Part shown: positions 39,501-51,870 of the stretch, piece after piece | How positions within the stretch are numbered: the first letter of the stretch is position 1 | How the letters are laid out: every line of letters starts with the position of its first letter | Origin: Ylistrum balloti | Lineage: Eukaryota | NCBI RefSeq assembly: GCF_031769215.1 | Contig: NW_026782834.1 | Location: 248,001-312,000 of the forward strand | DNA length: 64,000 nucleotides | Direction of reading: 5' to 3' | Program-made: the position numbers and the translations under genes | Notes under the pieces: generated by a model | Seen by the model: only the letters and a program-made list of their open reading frames with translations | What the model was told of the DNA's origin: nothing | Databases searched by the model: none

Positions 39501-41749
39501 AACCCACTATTTCTTTTAGCAACTGGAATTGCTTGAAAAAATTGTACAAAAAATACTGATCTTATTGACATGGGAATAAATAAACAGCACAATTTTATCA
39601 AGCTTTCTGCACCAAAATAATTGAAAATTCCACATTACGTCCAATATTGGATAGCATGAATGTGTGTTAAACAAAGTTTTAATCAGCATCTTTTTAAGCC
39701 ACAAGTCTCTTAATATCAGATGACAACATTTGCCCACAATGTGAAACAATATCAGGCCTATTTTAGAGATCCCTGTCAGAGATTATTGAAATTATATGGT
39801 ACAATATAGCAGATGTATGTTATTGTAGATATTGTTTATTCACGCCATAATGCTCAAGACTTAAAAAATAATTTCATACCATCAGTCACGATTCAGTTGA
39901 ACTGATTTCAGCGCAACAAAAAAAAAATAGGATGGTATTGAAATAGAGGCAAGAACACACATGTTTACACTAGTATAAAAAACGACAAGCTCATTTATTT
40001 TCTGCCCCAACAGGAACTGATCATCTGACAGGTAAATTATCACCGTTCGACCTTCATCAATATCACTAGAGAACACAACACCGCTAGGCTTAGCTTTACG
40101 GAATCAGGGAAATTGTAGCTCCACAGAAAAATGTGTGTGGAGCCTGCCCCACACTGAGTGAGTCATGCAATGGGAGGTGTGGACGTCATTCAATAATAAT
40201 ATGTGATGCTTACAAGATCTTATCTCGCCTAATTGCAGCTAACAATTCCACTTAAAAGTGGCCATCAGCATCATCATGTCCAAACACTCTCTGTTTACAC
40301 CACTATTTACTTTACTGATTTCTACACATAATTGGTTATTAACGAAAGCCAATTAATCTATGTTGATAGTTATTACTTTAGCAAAAAATAAATCAACGTC
40401 CTTCTGTCCTTCTCATATTTGGTTTGTTTAACAGTCATTTCTTTTCCACAAGATAATCTGTCACCATTCACAGCTTCTGTTTACATGCCACATTATTGCA
40501 GCTCGCTTTGAGAACCTGAATAGTCTATTCTATACCAATGTTTGACTTCAATCACATATCTGTTTCATGTAATAGAAAATTTTCAGACTTGAACAGTTCT
40601 AGCTCTTTTATATAAATCATCACAACTCATTTATCGCATCATGATGAAACAAGTATTTGATCATGATAAATGTGTTATTGGCCAATAAGCAATGCAATTT
40701 ATTGCATGACTTTCTCATTATCTTTTTTTTTCTTTTCACAGTTTAGAACAATGATACTTAATACACAAAATCCCATAATGCTATTTTCATGTTTGATAAT
40801 GAAGACACTACTATGGTGTTAAATACAAATACATGTAAATTAATTCACATCCACATGTATTCCTGATGTATTTCATCATTATCAAAAGATTTCTACCACC
40901 TGAGAAATTGCTAACTCAAAATAAACAAATTAAGTAATCACCTAGTCTTATCAAATTTTCCAGGCTTTTAACTTCAATTCTCCAAATATGGGTTGAAAGC
41001 AAACTTCCCCTACCTGACAGCCATTAAACCTGCCATCAATAACAGAACCCAGTTTATTATGACAGCCTGAACATTTTGCCAAAAACACAATTCTCTTGGG
41101 GCTCTACCCATATAATAGCTACATCCATTTTTTATGAATCTCTTACTCCAACCTTTAATCCATTCAGATATCCACAAGGTTCCCCCTGCTGATACTTCAA
41201 TGCATTCAGATGGAAATACAACATACCAACACCACATACCACAACCTCAATTATGTTACATAGATTATTTATTGACCAATAATTATAACATCATCTTAAC
41301 CTGATGCTTCACAAGATTATAATTCATATTTTTTTTCCGTCCTCAAAGATGTACTACTAAATTAATAAATAATACCGAAATTACTTTGGTGCATTCAAAT
41401 TTTAGAGCAGTCTCTAAAGTTTCTCAATAATTAATAAAAAAAATTAATATGATCAAAAGAAATTGACACAAAGACAACATCAAGAAGCTTTAGTATAATC
41501 TTAATTTAGCAAAATGGATTCAATATAAAAATCCCACCTAAATCATGAATATTTATACTAATGAATTCAATATGAATGCATTTTTACCATAAGTATTATT
41601 TATTCTGACCTTAATTCAGAAAGAAAGAAAGATAATATATTTTGATACCTTTAAAATGTAGTAAAAGATGAACACAATTTTTAATATATCTCTACCTAGT
41701 GTTAATTATATGAATTGATTAGCAAAATATGATTTAAGTCATAATCATC

Positions 41750-42060
41750 ATGGCATTAAAATCCTCGTACCAAATTTAACTATACAAATAATACCAAGGC
41801 ATTAAAATCCTAGCCTAAGTTTTACTGCTCAGAATAGCAAATGAGTTTTATTACATAGAATAGATTATCACAATAAAAACTCAAGCTTGAGTTTACTACA
41901 CACACAAAAATTCTAACCTGAGTTTAACTACATAGGAAAGTATGGTATTAAATTTCTAACCTGAGTTTTACTATACACAACAAAAGTCAGACATCAAAAT
42001 GCTTAGCCTATTTTCTACAATACACAGAAAAGAATATCATTAAAATCCTTAGCCTAAAGA
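41750..42060. repeat. Highly degenerate tandem repeat (ATTAAAATCCTAGCCTAAGTTTTACT / CTAACCTGAGTTTTACTA-like units)
   Basis: ATTAAAATCC and CTAACCTGAGTTT recur. Confidence 0.5.
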
Positions 42061-42481
42061 AAAGAATGAAATTGAGAAGTTGATAAAAATACATTAATTG
42101 CAGGAAGAATTCTTTAATTTTGTACAAAAATTAATTTCTGAAGAAAAGACTGTTACAGAAGGGGAATAACTCCTACTAATTAAATCTGGACTAAAATGAG
42201 CACATTTTCTATTGTTGATACAAAAACTCATTTGACTTTTATATGATTACCATAAATAAGGAATAATACATCCTCTTTCTGATAACATGCTAAACAGACA
42301 TCAGATGTACTGCATAGATTAAGGTGACAGCAATGGATGTAAAATGTAGGTCAGTGGTTCTTAGGTGATATTTGGAGAATGTTATAGGTAATTATTCAGT
42401 AGGTTTTTCATCACATGACTACCTAGAAGTGTGTATAAACTTAAATAGAATTCTGACAATGGACCTCATCTCACAGCATTG

Positions 42482-42515
42482 TGATGTCATACAGAGCAAC
42501 TTAAAATTGACGTCA
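42482..42515. promoter_or_regulatory. Perfect CRE (TGACGTCA, 42508-42515) with an adjacent ATF-like TGATGTCA (42482-42489)
   Basis: Motif match only. It lies about 1.6 kb into intron 1. Confidence 0.3.
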
Positions 42516-43439
42516 TGATTGCCATATTAAAAAATTTGTTAATATTAAAAGAAATATGACTTAAATATACAATATAGGAACAAGAAGAAAATAATATGTC
42601 AACTTAATTATAATCAAAAGTCAAATTCAATAAAACTAGGGCAAAATAGGAACAAAAGAAAAGATTTACTTCTGAAACAGTACAAGGAGAATAAGACCAA
42701 GTGTTCCAGAAGGGTAAACGTCCTCTACTTCATCAACATCACCTGCCATGTAAATCTTGGTCAATCCAAGCAAGTAGTGGCATGTTCTAAATGAGAACAA
42801 GGTTCTCAATGTACAACAACGGAACCAACAGACAAATTCATGAGCATCAAACACATCCAGTTTCATATTGCTCAAAGAAATAGATTATTTCTCCATAGGA
42901 TCACTATGGCAGCAATAAAACTTCCTGAAAATTTTTATCAACCTGCATCATTTAAAAACCTGTGTTATGACTTTGTCCACTAGTTGATGACTTCTTGCAC
43001 AAAAATCATAATGATGGTAACAGGCCCTTAAATATTGAATCAGCTGCGATATGTAAACACCGTATGCTGGGTATGCTAGAATGTTGCTATCCAGGAATGA
43101 AAAATTTCCAATAAGGAATTTAAATTCATGTTATTCAAACAGCTTGGTGGAAAGCAGTGATGTTGGTTTTGTTGTAGTAAAATACTGAGATACGTGACTG
43201 ATATAAAAAAGTCTGTTTATTTCAACTTTTGGTGGGTATATAACACGGATGTGGTCAAAAACTTTCTTGTTATTTGGAGACATGACATCATCATAATATC
43301 TGAAAGTGAAAATAAACAATTTTGCAAGGTTTTCGTGACTTGTTTTGGTAAGCTCTTTGAGATATTCAGCCTTGTATCATGGCACAAAAGATGAAATATG
43401 AGGCTCCAAACATTTAACAGAATAAAGGTTTTTGTCTGA

Positions 43440-43700
43440 TTTGTTGGTTAGTTGGATCTATTGCCCTATACACAATAATGGTCATTTTAAGGCAGGGTCT
43501 TCTGGAGGCTACCTCAACTGAACATCATACAGAAGGACCGTCAATGTCATCCAAGGTAATTAGGGTAAAGTGTCTTGTCTAAGGACACAGCCATGTTAGC
43601 ACAGACAAGGTGCATTTTTCAGCTTCCACAGAAACACAAACTGTTAGGGGTTTAGAGCATCAAACCATGCAACTCGGTTCTTCACCTAAATATACATAGC
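43440..43700 (-). mobile_element. Decayed tRNA-derived SINE with a conserved core
   Basis: The minus strand contains TGTGTCCTTAGACAAGACACTTTACCC (43563-43589), resembling the GTGTCCTTGGGCAAGACACTT core of widespread aquatic-animal SINEs. A B-box-like GGTTTGATGC lies upstream, and a tail-like segment lies near 43445-43495. Confidence 0.55.
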
Positions 43701-44096
43701 CAAATGCTTTTCCCAACTTAAAATGCAGTCCCTACACTGCAGAGTAAAGGCAAAACCAAGACTTGAAAAGGACAAATCAGAAAGCAAAAGTTAGTAGAGA
43801 TCTGAAGAACAAAATGGTGCATGGTAAGGAATATGAAACAAGTAGGATTCAATAATAACTGTCCATGAAGATCAAGACTTGCATTTTATTATATGAGGAA
43901 GGCATAATCAGGAGTTTTAATTTAAGGCTCAAGTCCACTCTTCATGGGAAGGGCATGGATGTACAACAATGAAGAAGAGTTTCTTTATCCACATTTGATG
44001 CCTTTGAGATTTTAGAAAAGATGCTACAGGCAATATGCCTTTTCTTTTCACTCTATGTTGAACATATTAAAAAAAAAGGTATTAAAGATATCTTAC

Positions 44097-44255
44097 CTTA
44101 TCAAGGCCTGCTTTAAGAAGTTCTACAAGGGAGTCACTGTCTACAAGATTACACACAGGCTCCTCCTGACCTTCGGCCTCAGCTGCCTCCTCTCCACATT
44201 GGTCACTGGAGTCTAGAGCCTCAGAATCAACAAGCTGGTCCATAAACGTGTACAT
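44097..44255 (-). CDS. DUSP8/DUSP16: DUSP8/16-like MAPK phosphatase, first coding exon (53 aa: MYTFMDQLVDSEALDSSDQCGEEAAEAEGQEEPVCNLVDSDSLVELLKAGLDK)
   Basis: The ATG is in a good context (ACTACC-ATG) with an in-frame TAA upstream. The exon ends at a strong phase-0 donor, AAG|gtaaga. VDSDSLVELLKAGLDK resembles human DUSP16 IVTERLVALLESGTEK (recalled), which directly precedes VLLIDSR. It is absent from the ORF track because the unspliced ORF is under 60 aa. Confidence 0.85.
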
Positions 44256-44621
44256 GGTAGTTCTTCCTTTTAAACACCTAATATTAAAATCCCCATCTTG
44301 CTCACAACCATTAAGTAACAGGTGGATTTCTTAAGCCTTTCTGATGTTTGAAGAAATCCAGGAAAGAAACATCTTAAAACCTTTTCCGTGACTTTTTGAC
44401 CAAGAAAATAATGTTTCAAAAGTTACTGAACTTTTCTTTCATCTGACTACCCATTATCTTTGGTTTTCTGCTCTATTTTGATTGTCCTTTCACTCTGGCT
44501 GTCTCCAGGGATGTTCTGGCTTTTTTAATCTTTCTCCAAACAGAAGCACCAGGCACATCCTCATCACATTTACAATCATCTTCTATCCTGTTGATAGTCA
44601 ACTACTAGAATAGTTTTCTTC
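44256..44621 (-). other. 5'UTR portion of the first coding exon of the DUSP8/16 gene
   Basis: A polypyrimidine tract and ttgaacag| acceptor lie at 44623-44622. An alternative acceptor (tcaacag|) is possible near 44588. An acceptor implies further non-coding exon(s) upstream. Confidence 0.55.
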
Positions 44622-45761
44622 CTGTTCAAATAAAAAAGGAAAACATATTACACTTTAGCTTCATACAAAGAATAACGACATCTCTAGTTCATATTACTTC
44701 CTGGATTGTCACATGCATTTATAAAACTGAATTCTTTACATACTTTCTTGTACCCTCATTATTGTCCTATTAAAATCCATGACATCAAAATATATTTCAT
44801 GGCTTTCACAAAGTGACAATACATGTTTTGAACTAAATTTCTTTCTTAAACTTGTGCTGTTAATTGAAGGCAATTCAAGGGTGATATTCCAGTAGAAAGT
44901 ATGAATGGGACGCACCCACAGCCTGAACTTTAAAAAAGGCATCATGGTAATTAAATGCTATCCTTAACGCCACAGCTGTCTTCCATAACAGTGGTCTGCG
45001 ATACAAAATTGAAACCAGAGACAGTTTTTGAAATTGTTATCTATTTAATTGTCAAGTCACCAGAAATAATTAAAACATGATTTTTTAATGTTTTATCAGT
45101 ATATATAATTATTCCTTCAAGAATGTACCTCCTACCAAACCTTCCCAGGTAACTCCCAGAAGGGTCAGTGTTTACAATGCTCTCCCCTCTAAACTATTCT
45201 AAATATGCCATGTTAGTGTTTTTCATGTCTATCAGTCCAAATAAAGGGAACTTCAGACAGCCTTATAAGGTAAAATCTGGAGAACAGGTAAATTGATGGT
45301 TACATGAGAAATTTTGACACTCAACTGTACAATTAAATTTGATTTTCTCTCTGTGGTCTGTGAGTGGGCTCTAACCTTTACCACAGGCAACATGTTGAGT
45401 CTTAAAACAGTCTGGTGTAGAGATGTGAGGTCATTGTAGGGTGGATATCAGTTATCACAAGTACCGTCATATCTTAATCTAAACACCTTTTCATGATTAC
45501 AACATCCCATTACTTTTTTATCTTTGTGTGTGACTTTTTAAATGAAAAGAATTGAGTTACTACAACAGTCAGTGACAATTTTACATATGGAAAGAATTTG
45601 TTGACTAGAACAATCTGTGACTATTTGATAATGTGGAAAGAATTTGTTAATCTTCTATAAAGAAGTTTCCTATCTGCAATTACACCAATTTTGGTGGCAT
45701 CATGTCTGGTCTAGTGACAGCATTGTTTATGACCGATACCTAATTAAGAAAATATGTTGGA

Positions 45762-46156
45762 CACATTATTTCTCTACTCACTATAAATTTATGTATGCTT
45801 TTTACATTATTTCTCTACTCACTATAAATTCATGTATGCTTTTTACATTATTTCTGTATTCACTATAAATTTATGTATACTTTTTCCATTATTTCTCTAC
45901 TCACTACAAATTCATGTATGCTTTTTACATTATTTCTCTACTCACTATAAATTCATGTATGCTTTTTACATGATTTCTCTATTCACTATAAATTCATGTA
46001 TGCTTTTTACATTATTTCTCTATTGACTATAAATTCATGTACACTTTTTACATTATTTCTCTACTCACTATAAATTCTATGCTTTTTAAATATAAATTCA
46101 TGTATGCTTTTTACATTATTTCTCTATTCACTATAAATTCATGTATGCTTTTTACA
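45762..46156. repeat. 41-bp minisatellite (CATTATTTCTCTACTCACTATAAATTCATGTATGCTTTTTA), about 9.5 copies
   Basis: CATTATTTCT recurs at 45764, 45805 and onward. Confidence 0.94.
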
Positions 46157-49100
46157 AAGTACATTTGCAAATAATGGTTATCAATGATTTTTTTCCCAAA
46201 AATAACTGCATGTATGAAACACGTTTTTTTTTTTTATATTTCAAATTATTTCATATTGTGTACATCATGTTATTCTTATATATTTTTAAAATAGTGAAAC
46301 AAAATTAATAGCCAAAAAAATTTGCTGTAGGATAGTTGGTTACTTAGGCAAAGTCAGTGTATTCAACCAACACACTGAACTATACAGGTAAAATGACACA
46401 GGTAAACTGTATAGATATAATATCAAAGATTTACCTACAAGTATGATCTACCTGTTGTGTAATACTTACATCACAACAGCACATATATGATGTAGCATTA
46501 TGCTAAAAATAATACATTTTAAAATGAGATTTCTTTGGTACCTCCAGGAACATTAGTTTGTTAGTGAGACTAGTTGAAGAGATTACTTGAAGTTGGGTAC
46601 ATGGTGTAACTGTAATGCATGATGGCTGAAGGTCATGTGTAAAACCTTGAAGGGTAGTTGTGTACCCGTCACATGAGAGTCAACAGAGTCGACATGTGAT
46701 ACAGCGTAAATACAATCATGCTTAGTCACTATCTCCCCTTATAAAGTAAATCAGGATGACAAATATTTTGTACCTGAAGTTCTGCCTAACTACACACAAT
46801 ACACAAAATCTACACCAGTCGCTGACTAATACCCATCTACACCCTTATCAACTTTTAGTTCTTACAACATTTATTGACATACAAATGGCTGTCAATTTTT
46901 ATTTAGTCGCTACAGGTGTTGAAGCATTTTATCACAACAAAAACCTCTAAATCAGGTGACAATGACTCTGTGCTGACTAACTCCACGTGTCATGATGTTC
47001 TATGTTACAGTTTTATACGCCAATTGTACACTTTAAAATTTCGTCCTTGAATGATTTCTGTAGAAACAAGATTTGACAAAAGCATTAATCCATAGAAGCA
47101 GTTCCACAGACAGCCACATGACCAAATCTAATTGTTGTTTTACTTACTGTCATGGAAAAAACAATCAATATATATTAAGTGCCCATCTCTACTGTAAACT
47201 GTGTGATCACGTTTGTGGAAGTATCAATCTAGGAAAGATATTAGCTGCACTGTGACCAGCCAGGCACATTAACATCACAACCAGCACTTCTGTTGTCACA
47301 CACCATGAACTTGTCTCAACCAGAAAATCTTAATATGCAAATCTATGCAGATTATTGTGCAAGAAGAATTGATGATAATAGGTATTGTCTCTATGGAGAA
47401 CACTACTTCATTTTTTTTTTTTTCACTACAAAATAAAATTTGTGTTGTTTGATTAGCTACTGTAAAATCAATGTAATTTATTGCCAGGACAGGTACAAGT
47501 TACATACTCAATATGCATTGTACATGACTACTAAACTTTTTATAACAATATACTGTTATGACTAGTGGCATTTGTTATTGAAATTCTGTTCCTAAATTTA
47601 GTAATTACACTACCCTCGACACTGAAATAAGTTTGACAAATAACTTAGATAATTCATAATAAAGCTTTCACAAAAATGTATGAAATATTTACAAAATTTC
47701 ATTAAATAAAATTCAAACATAATATAGTGCATAAACCATTATCATGTGTCAGCATATAATCTGATAGGTGACCATATGGTTATAAGTCCATTCCTACAGA
47801 AATAGTGTCTACTTCAAAATTCCCATCTTAATGTGTACATATATAAAATTATCTTATAATATGCAAATATAGACCCACTGACAGGGTGACAAACAATCAT
47901 AAATACAAGTTTTACATAGATATAATATAAAGTATTGTTAAGTCATGGTTATCTTTTCTATAGAGTAACACAAATATGTAGATACCTGTCCGGTATTTAC
48001 CTGTGTAATAATAAAAAAAATACCTGGGATGATCAAATGTATAATAGACAAGGAATCAATAACACTGTTGTTGATCAGTTCTGAATTCCAAGCACAAAGA
48101 TCTGTTTTTGGTAACTTACCTCCACAGTATACCACTGCCACATAGCAGGTCTATACACTGCAAATTACAGGCCACAAATTTTTGTTTGATGAATCAACAG
48201 GTGAAAATTTACCTGGTAGCCTTAAGTTGTGACAGGTAGTTAACAACAGGTTCACTTTGTACATTAACCCTTTGTTAATAATAGCTATATCTAAGGTTTT
48301 TTCAAAGTCCTTGATACATATTATTTTTTATAATTCATCATAGATATTGTCATGGTCAGAAAATCTTAACATTATATATTGATCAAACTTTGTACTAAAC
48401 GTAAAAACTGTAGCTTATCTATAACTTTGTACTACAATGTTGTCTATAAGTTCTTCTATATTAAATAGTTCTAATTCTATATGTACCAGTATTGTCAAAT
48501 TTTGACACATGCATATGTTCTATTGTATATGTATGATATAACAAATTAATGCAAGGATTAAACTGTGACTATAACTACGAACAGATCACTCACATCTCAT
48601 ATTACCTTTACTGCGTCAATATTTAAATGTGATGGCCGGGAAAACACGTTACCTAGATTTAAAGGTCAATGAGTAATATCTATATATAATTTCAAATCAG
48701 TATATTGGACATTTAATCAAATCAGGTTAAAAAATAATACCTCAAACTTACTGTGTGTATTAAAGATTTCTGAAAGGACAATATCAATACCTTTTAGTTT
48801 CCCGATACAAATGATGTGATTCATGACTAAGGCATTGCCTAAATATCAGGATACAAACAAACTCTCCCATTATGGAATACACAGTATATTAACATACTAC
48901 GATGGCACTAGGTTTTCCCAAATGGTTTTTCCATCAGATTTCCCCACTGAACAATCAGGATAATCCATGATACATCAAATTACAGATGACCAAGTAATAC
49001 CCATGATGATTAATTAAGTCTTGTTATCTTTATGAACAATAACTTCTTTTGCCTTAGACCTGTTTTTCAAAACTAATTTTGTAAATGAACTTATACATTT

Positions 49101-51279
49101 AACTTGAGATCACATTACGTTTGTCTTCTCTCTTTTCTTCGATATTTTCTGGGAAAATAGCACTTGTTTGACCATGTGGGTGAAATATTTGTTAAGGTAT
49201 AATTACTGTAGAGGTATCATTTCTAAGAGGCAGGGCTGGGCTACATACTATGACCAGGGTTCCATAGTATTAATGTATAATACATGGAGATACAGAAATA
49301 TACATGGAATTTATGACAAGGAAGTTACTTGTTCCTTGAAAATATAAAAGGATATGTTACAATTCTATACTATAACCAGGAAATCAGTAAATTTTATGTA
49401 TAGTGACTGTAAAAGAGATAATATCTAGAAAGTATCATATTGTGAGAATTATAGTGCATTTTCAGGAAAAACTTTCATTTTTATACAATTTTATACAATT
49501 ATGACTGGTAATTCAAATCTGAAACATTCTGATCAACATACATTACTGTATATGATGCAGAGTGCTTTATCAATTGATATTTTGACATTTTAACACATGT
49601 GATAAAGGATGACAACATTTCATTATTGCCAAATTTGGTCCTTGAACTCACTATCTACATCACCCAATCACCTAACTCTGAAATTCTACAGCTTCCCATA
49701 TATAACCATTACACCATCATGACATCCCCAAAAAAGATGTTTGAACATTGTAGTGATAAACTGCTAGAAATTCTTGACAATGTCATAGTGGCAAATTGTC
49801 CATGATGTGATATGAACACCTGGATCACAATGTCTGCATAAACATGGATACGAATTGCACACATCAAACTCAGGTATAATATGTACATGTCCATATAGTC
49901 TGCAGCACTGCAGACTGAGTGCAGATGAAGACTTCATGCATTTCATTCAAAGTCAGGTAATTTCACCTGTTAATTAAAATTGCAATGACAACTCAGACAT
50001 ACTGAATGATTAACAAGTTGAAACTGAATTTTAAACTAGTGATTGTATAATTCTTCATCAGACTAACTTTGCAGAGGCAGCACTTGTTAAATATGATGAC
50101 ATTATCCTTCAAAAACCATTGCTGCTGCAAGTATGTATAAGCTGTATAATTACATTTGGAATACTGAATTAAAAATGAGTTAACACCTTTTTTGTAGAAG
50201 CCTTTTTTCAAATTACCTGAAAGCCTATAAAACTTGGGAGAAAATCTCATTAAAATTTCATATATAATGTGTAAGAATTGATGACATTGGTAAGGGTAAT
50301 AGACTCAAGTGGTACAGATAATGAAACATGGATATCTATCATTAACAAAATTCTTTTGGATACAATACAATATCTTGATAAGTGATAAGCGTATCATATT
50401 ATGAAACAGATGTTGATTTTAATTACCGAACTCTGATGTATACCAAAGTACTATTGCCAAGTACTTCAGTGATTGTTGCAGTGGTAACCATGGTAGCTGT
50501 TGCAGAGACTGAATAGCTACATATCTACAGGTACTGAACATGGCAGGTTCTTTTTAGTCCCTTACTGCCTGTGTGTATCACAGCTATATATAGATCCTAT
50601 ATGGATTCACAGTTCAACAACGATATAGATAAAACATATATCATCTGTGTACCTGTATCATTATCATCATCAACATAATCATCATCGTCGTCCCAGCTGT
50701 CATCGTCATTGTCGTCATTATCATTTCTATGACGAAAAACTGGCTTAAGAAATTTCAGTTTTACATTCCTTAATATTCATTTTACTAATCTTTTAGGTGT
50801 ATGATATTCTGGGTTGAGTTGAAGCATTTATTTTATTCATTTTGGATATAAATTTAATTTTCGTCATTAATTCTAATGTAAATGAATGATCAGGTGATTG
50901 AGTTTGGTGCAGGTTATCTAATTCTGTTGTCATATAGCTATATAAGCTAACAAAACTCAGTTCAAATTACATAACCCTATGTATTGACAAAAGGCAAATT
51001 TCCTAGACATAAACAACTATACACTGTTTTTTAGCTGTCTATAAATTATACCGACAGGTAAACAAGCACTGAGGAATAAGGTCAACACAAGAAAACTGTA
51101 TGATTCATGGTACCAAGTATTTAGATGGGACCTAACAGGTCCTGTTACTACCACTAGTAAACAGGTACCAAGCCTACAGTATTCCTATATCATTACCCAG
51201 GCAAATTAACAGCAGTGTGGTACATCTGGAGGAATTATAAAACTATCAACATACACTTTCTGTCTACAATGGCTAAATA

Positions 51280-51870
51280 TAGACACAGCCAAACTCCATT
51301 ATTACAAACCTAGAGGAGACTTCAGAACACAAAAATGCTTACCTCAAAATAATACCAAAATATACCCTACTTATGATATTCTGCTCATCTCAAAACACTG
51401 TGTTACTTCAATACATTCCTTTCCTCAGTATGTACTACATGTCTCTGGTAACCCCAGTTACCTCAAAATATCATAACTTCCTTTTCTGAAAAAAATATCT
51501 TTCTCCAACTTATCTCAGAACATTGTGTTTCGCTATGAATACCCCACTTATCTCAACATCTAATTTATCTGTGAATATCCCACTTATCTTAAAATATTTT
51601 GTTTATCTGTGAATACCCCACTCATCTCAGAACAGCTTGTTTATCTGTGAATACACTGTTTATCTCAGAGCATCTTGTTTATCTCTGAATACATCGTTTA
51701 TCTTAGGACATCTTGTTTACTGATGAATATCCCACAAATCCCTAAAACCCCAGCAAACCCTGCAATTTCACCTTGAGAAACATCCAATTTATCACAGAAT
51801 ACTCATATTCATTTTAAACTGGTGAAAGGAATCCCAGAATACCCTATTTAATTTTGAATACTCTGTTTAT
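51280..51870. repeat. Degenerate minisatellite, about 31 bp (TTATCTCAGAACATCTTGTTTATCTGTGAATACCCCAC-like)
   Basis: The clearest copies lie at 51525-51735, with decayed flanks. Confidence 0.65.

Larger units (their letters stand above)
25346..40165. promoter_or_regulatory. Dispersed cluster of 12 exact AP-1 sites (TGA[C/G]TCA) in intron 1; candidate JNK/AP-1 feedback enhancers
   Basis: Sites were read by eye at 25346, 26337, 29898, 31954, 32994, 34509, 34715, 34864, 37212, 38039, 39461 and 40159. The function is inferred. Confidence 0.45.
25195..44096 (-). other. Intron (18,902 bp, GT-AG, phase 0) of the DUSP8/16 gene
   Basis: Bounded by the donor of coding exon 1 and the acceptor of coding exon 2. 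The join gives ...AGLDK|VLLIDSR... Confidence 0.8.

Noticed and set aside
39007-42875. Several 60-75-aa ORFs in intron 1 as a possible nested gene
   Set aside because: I could not build a consistent splice chain or recognise any domain.
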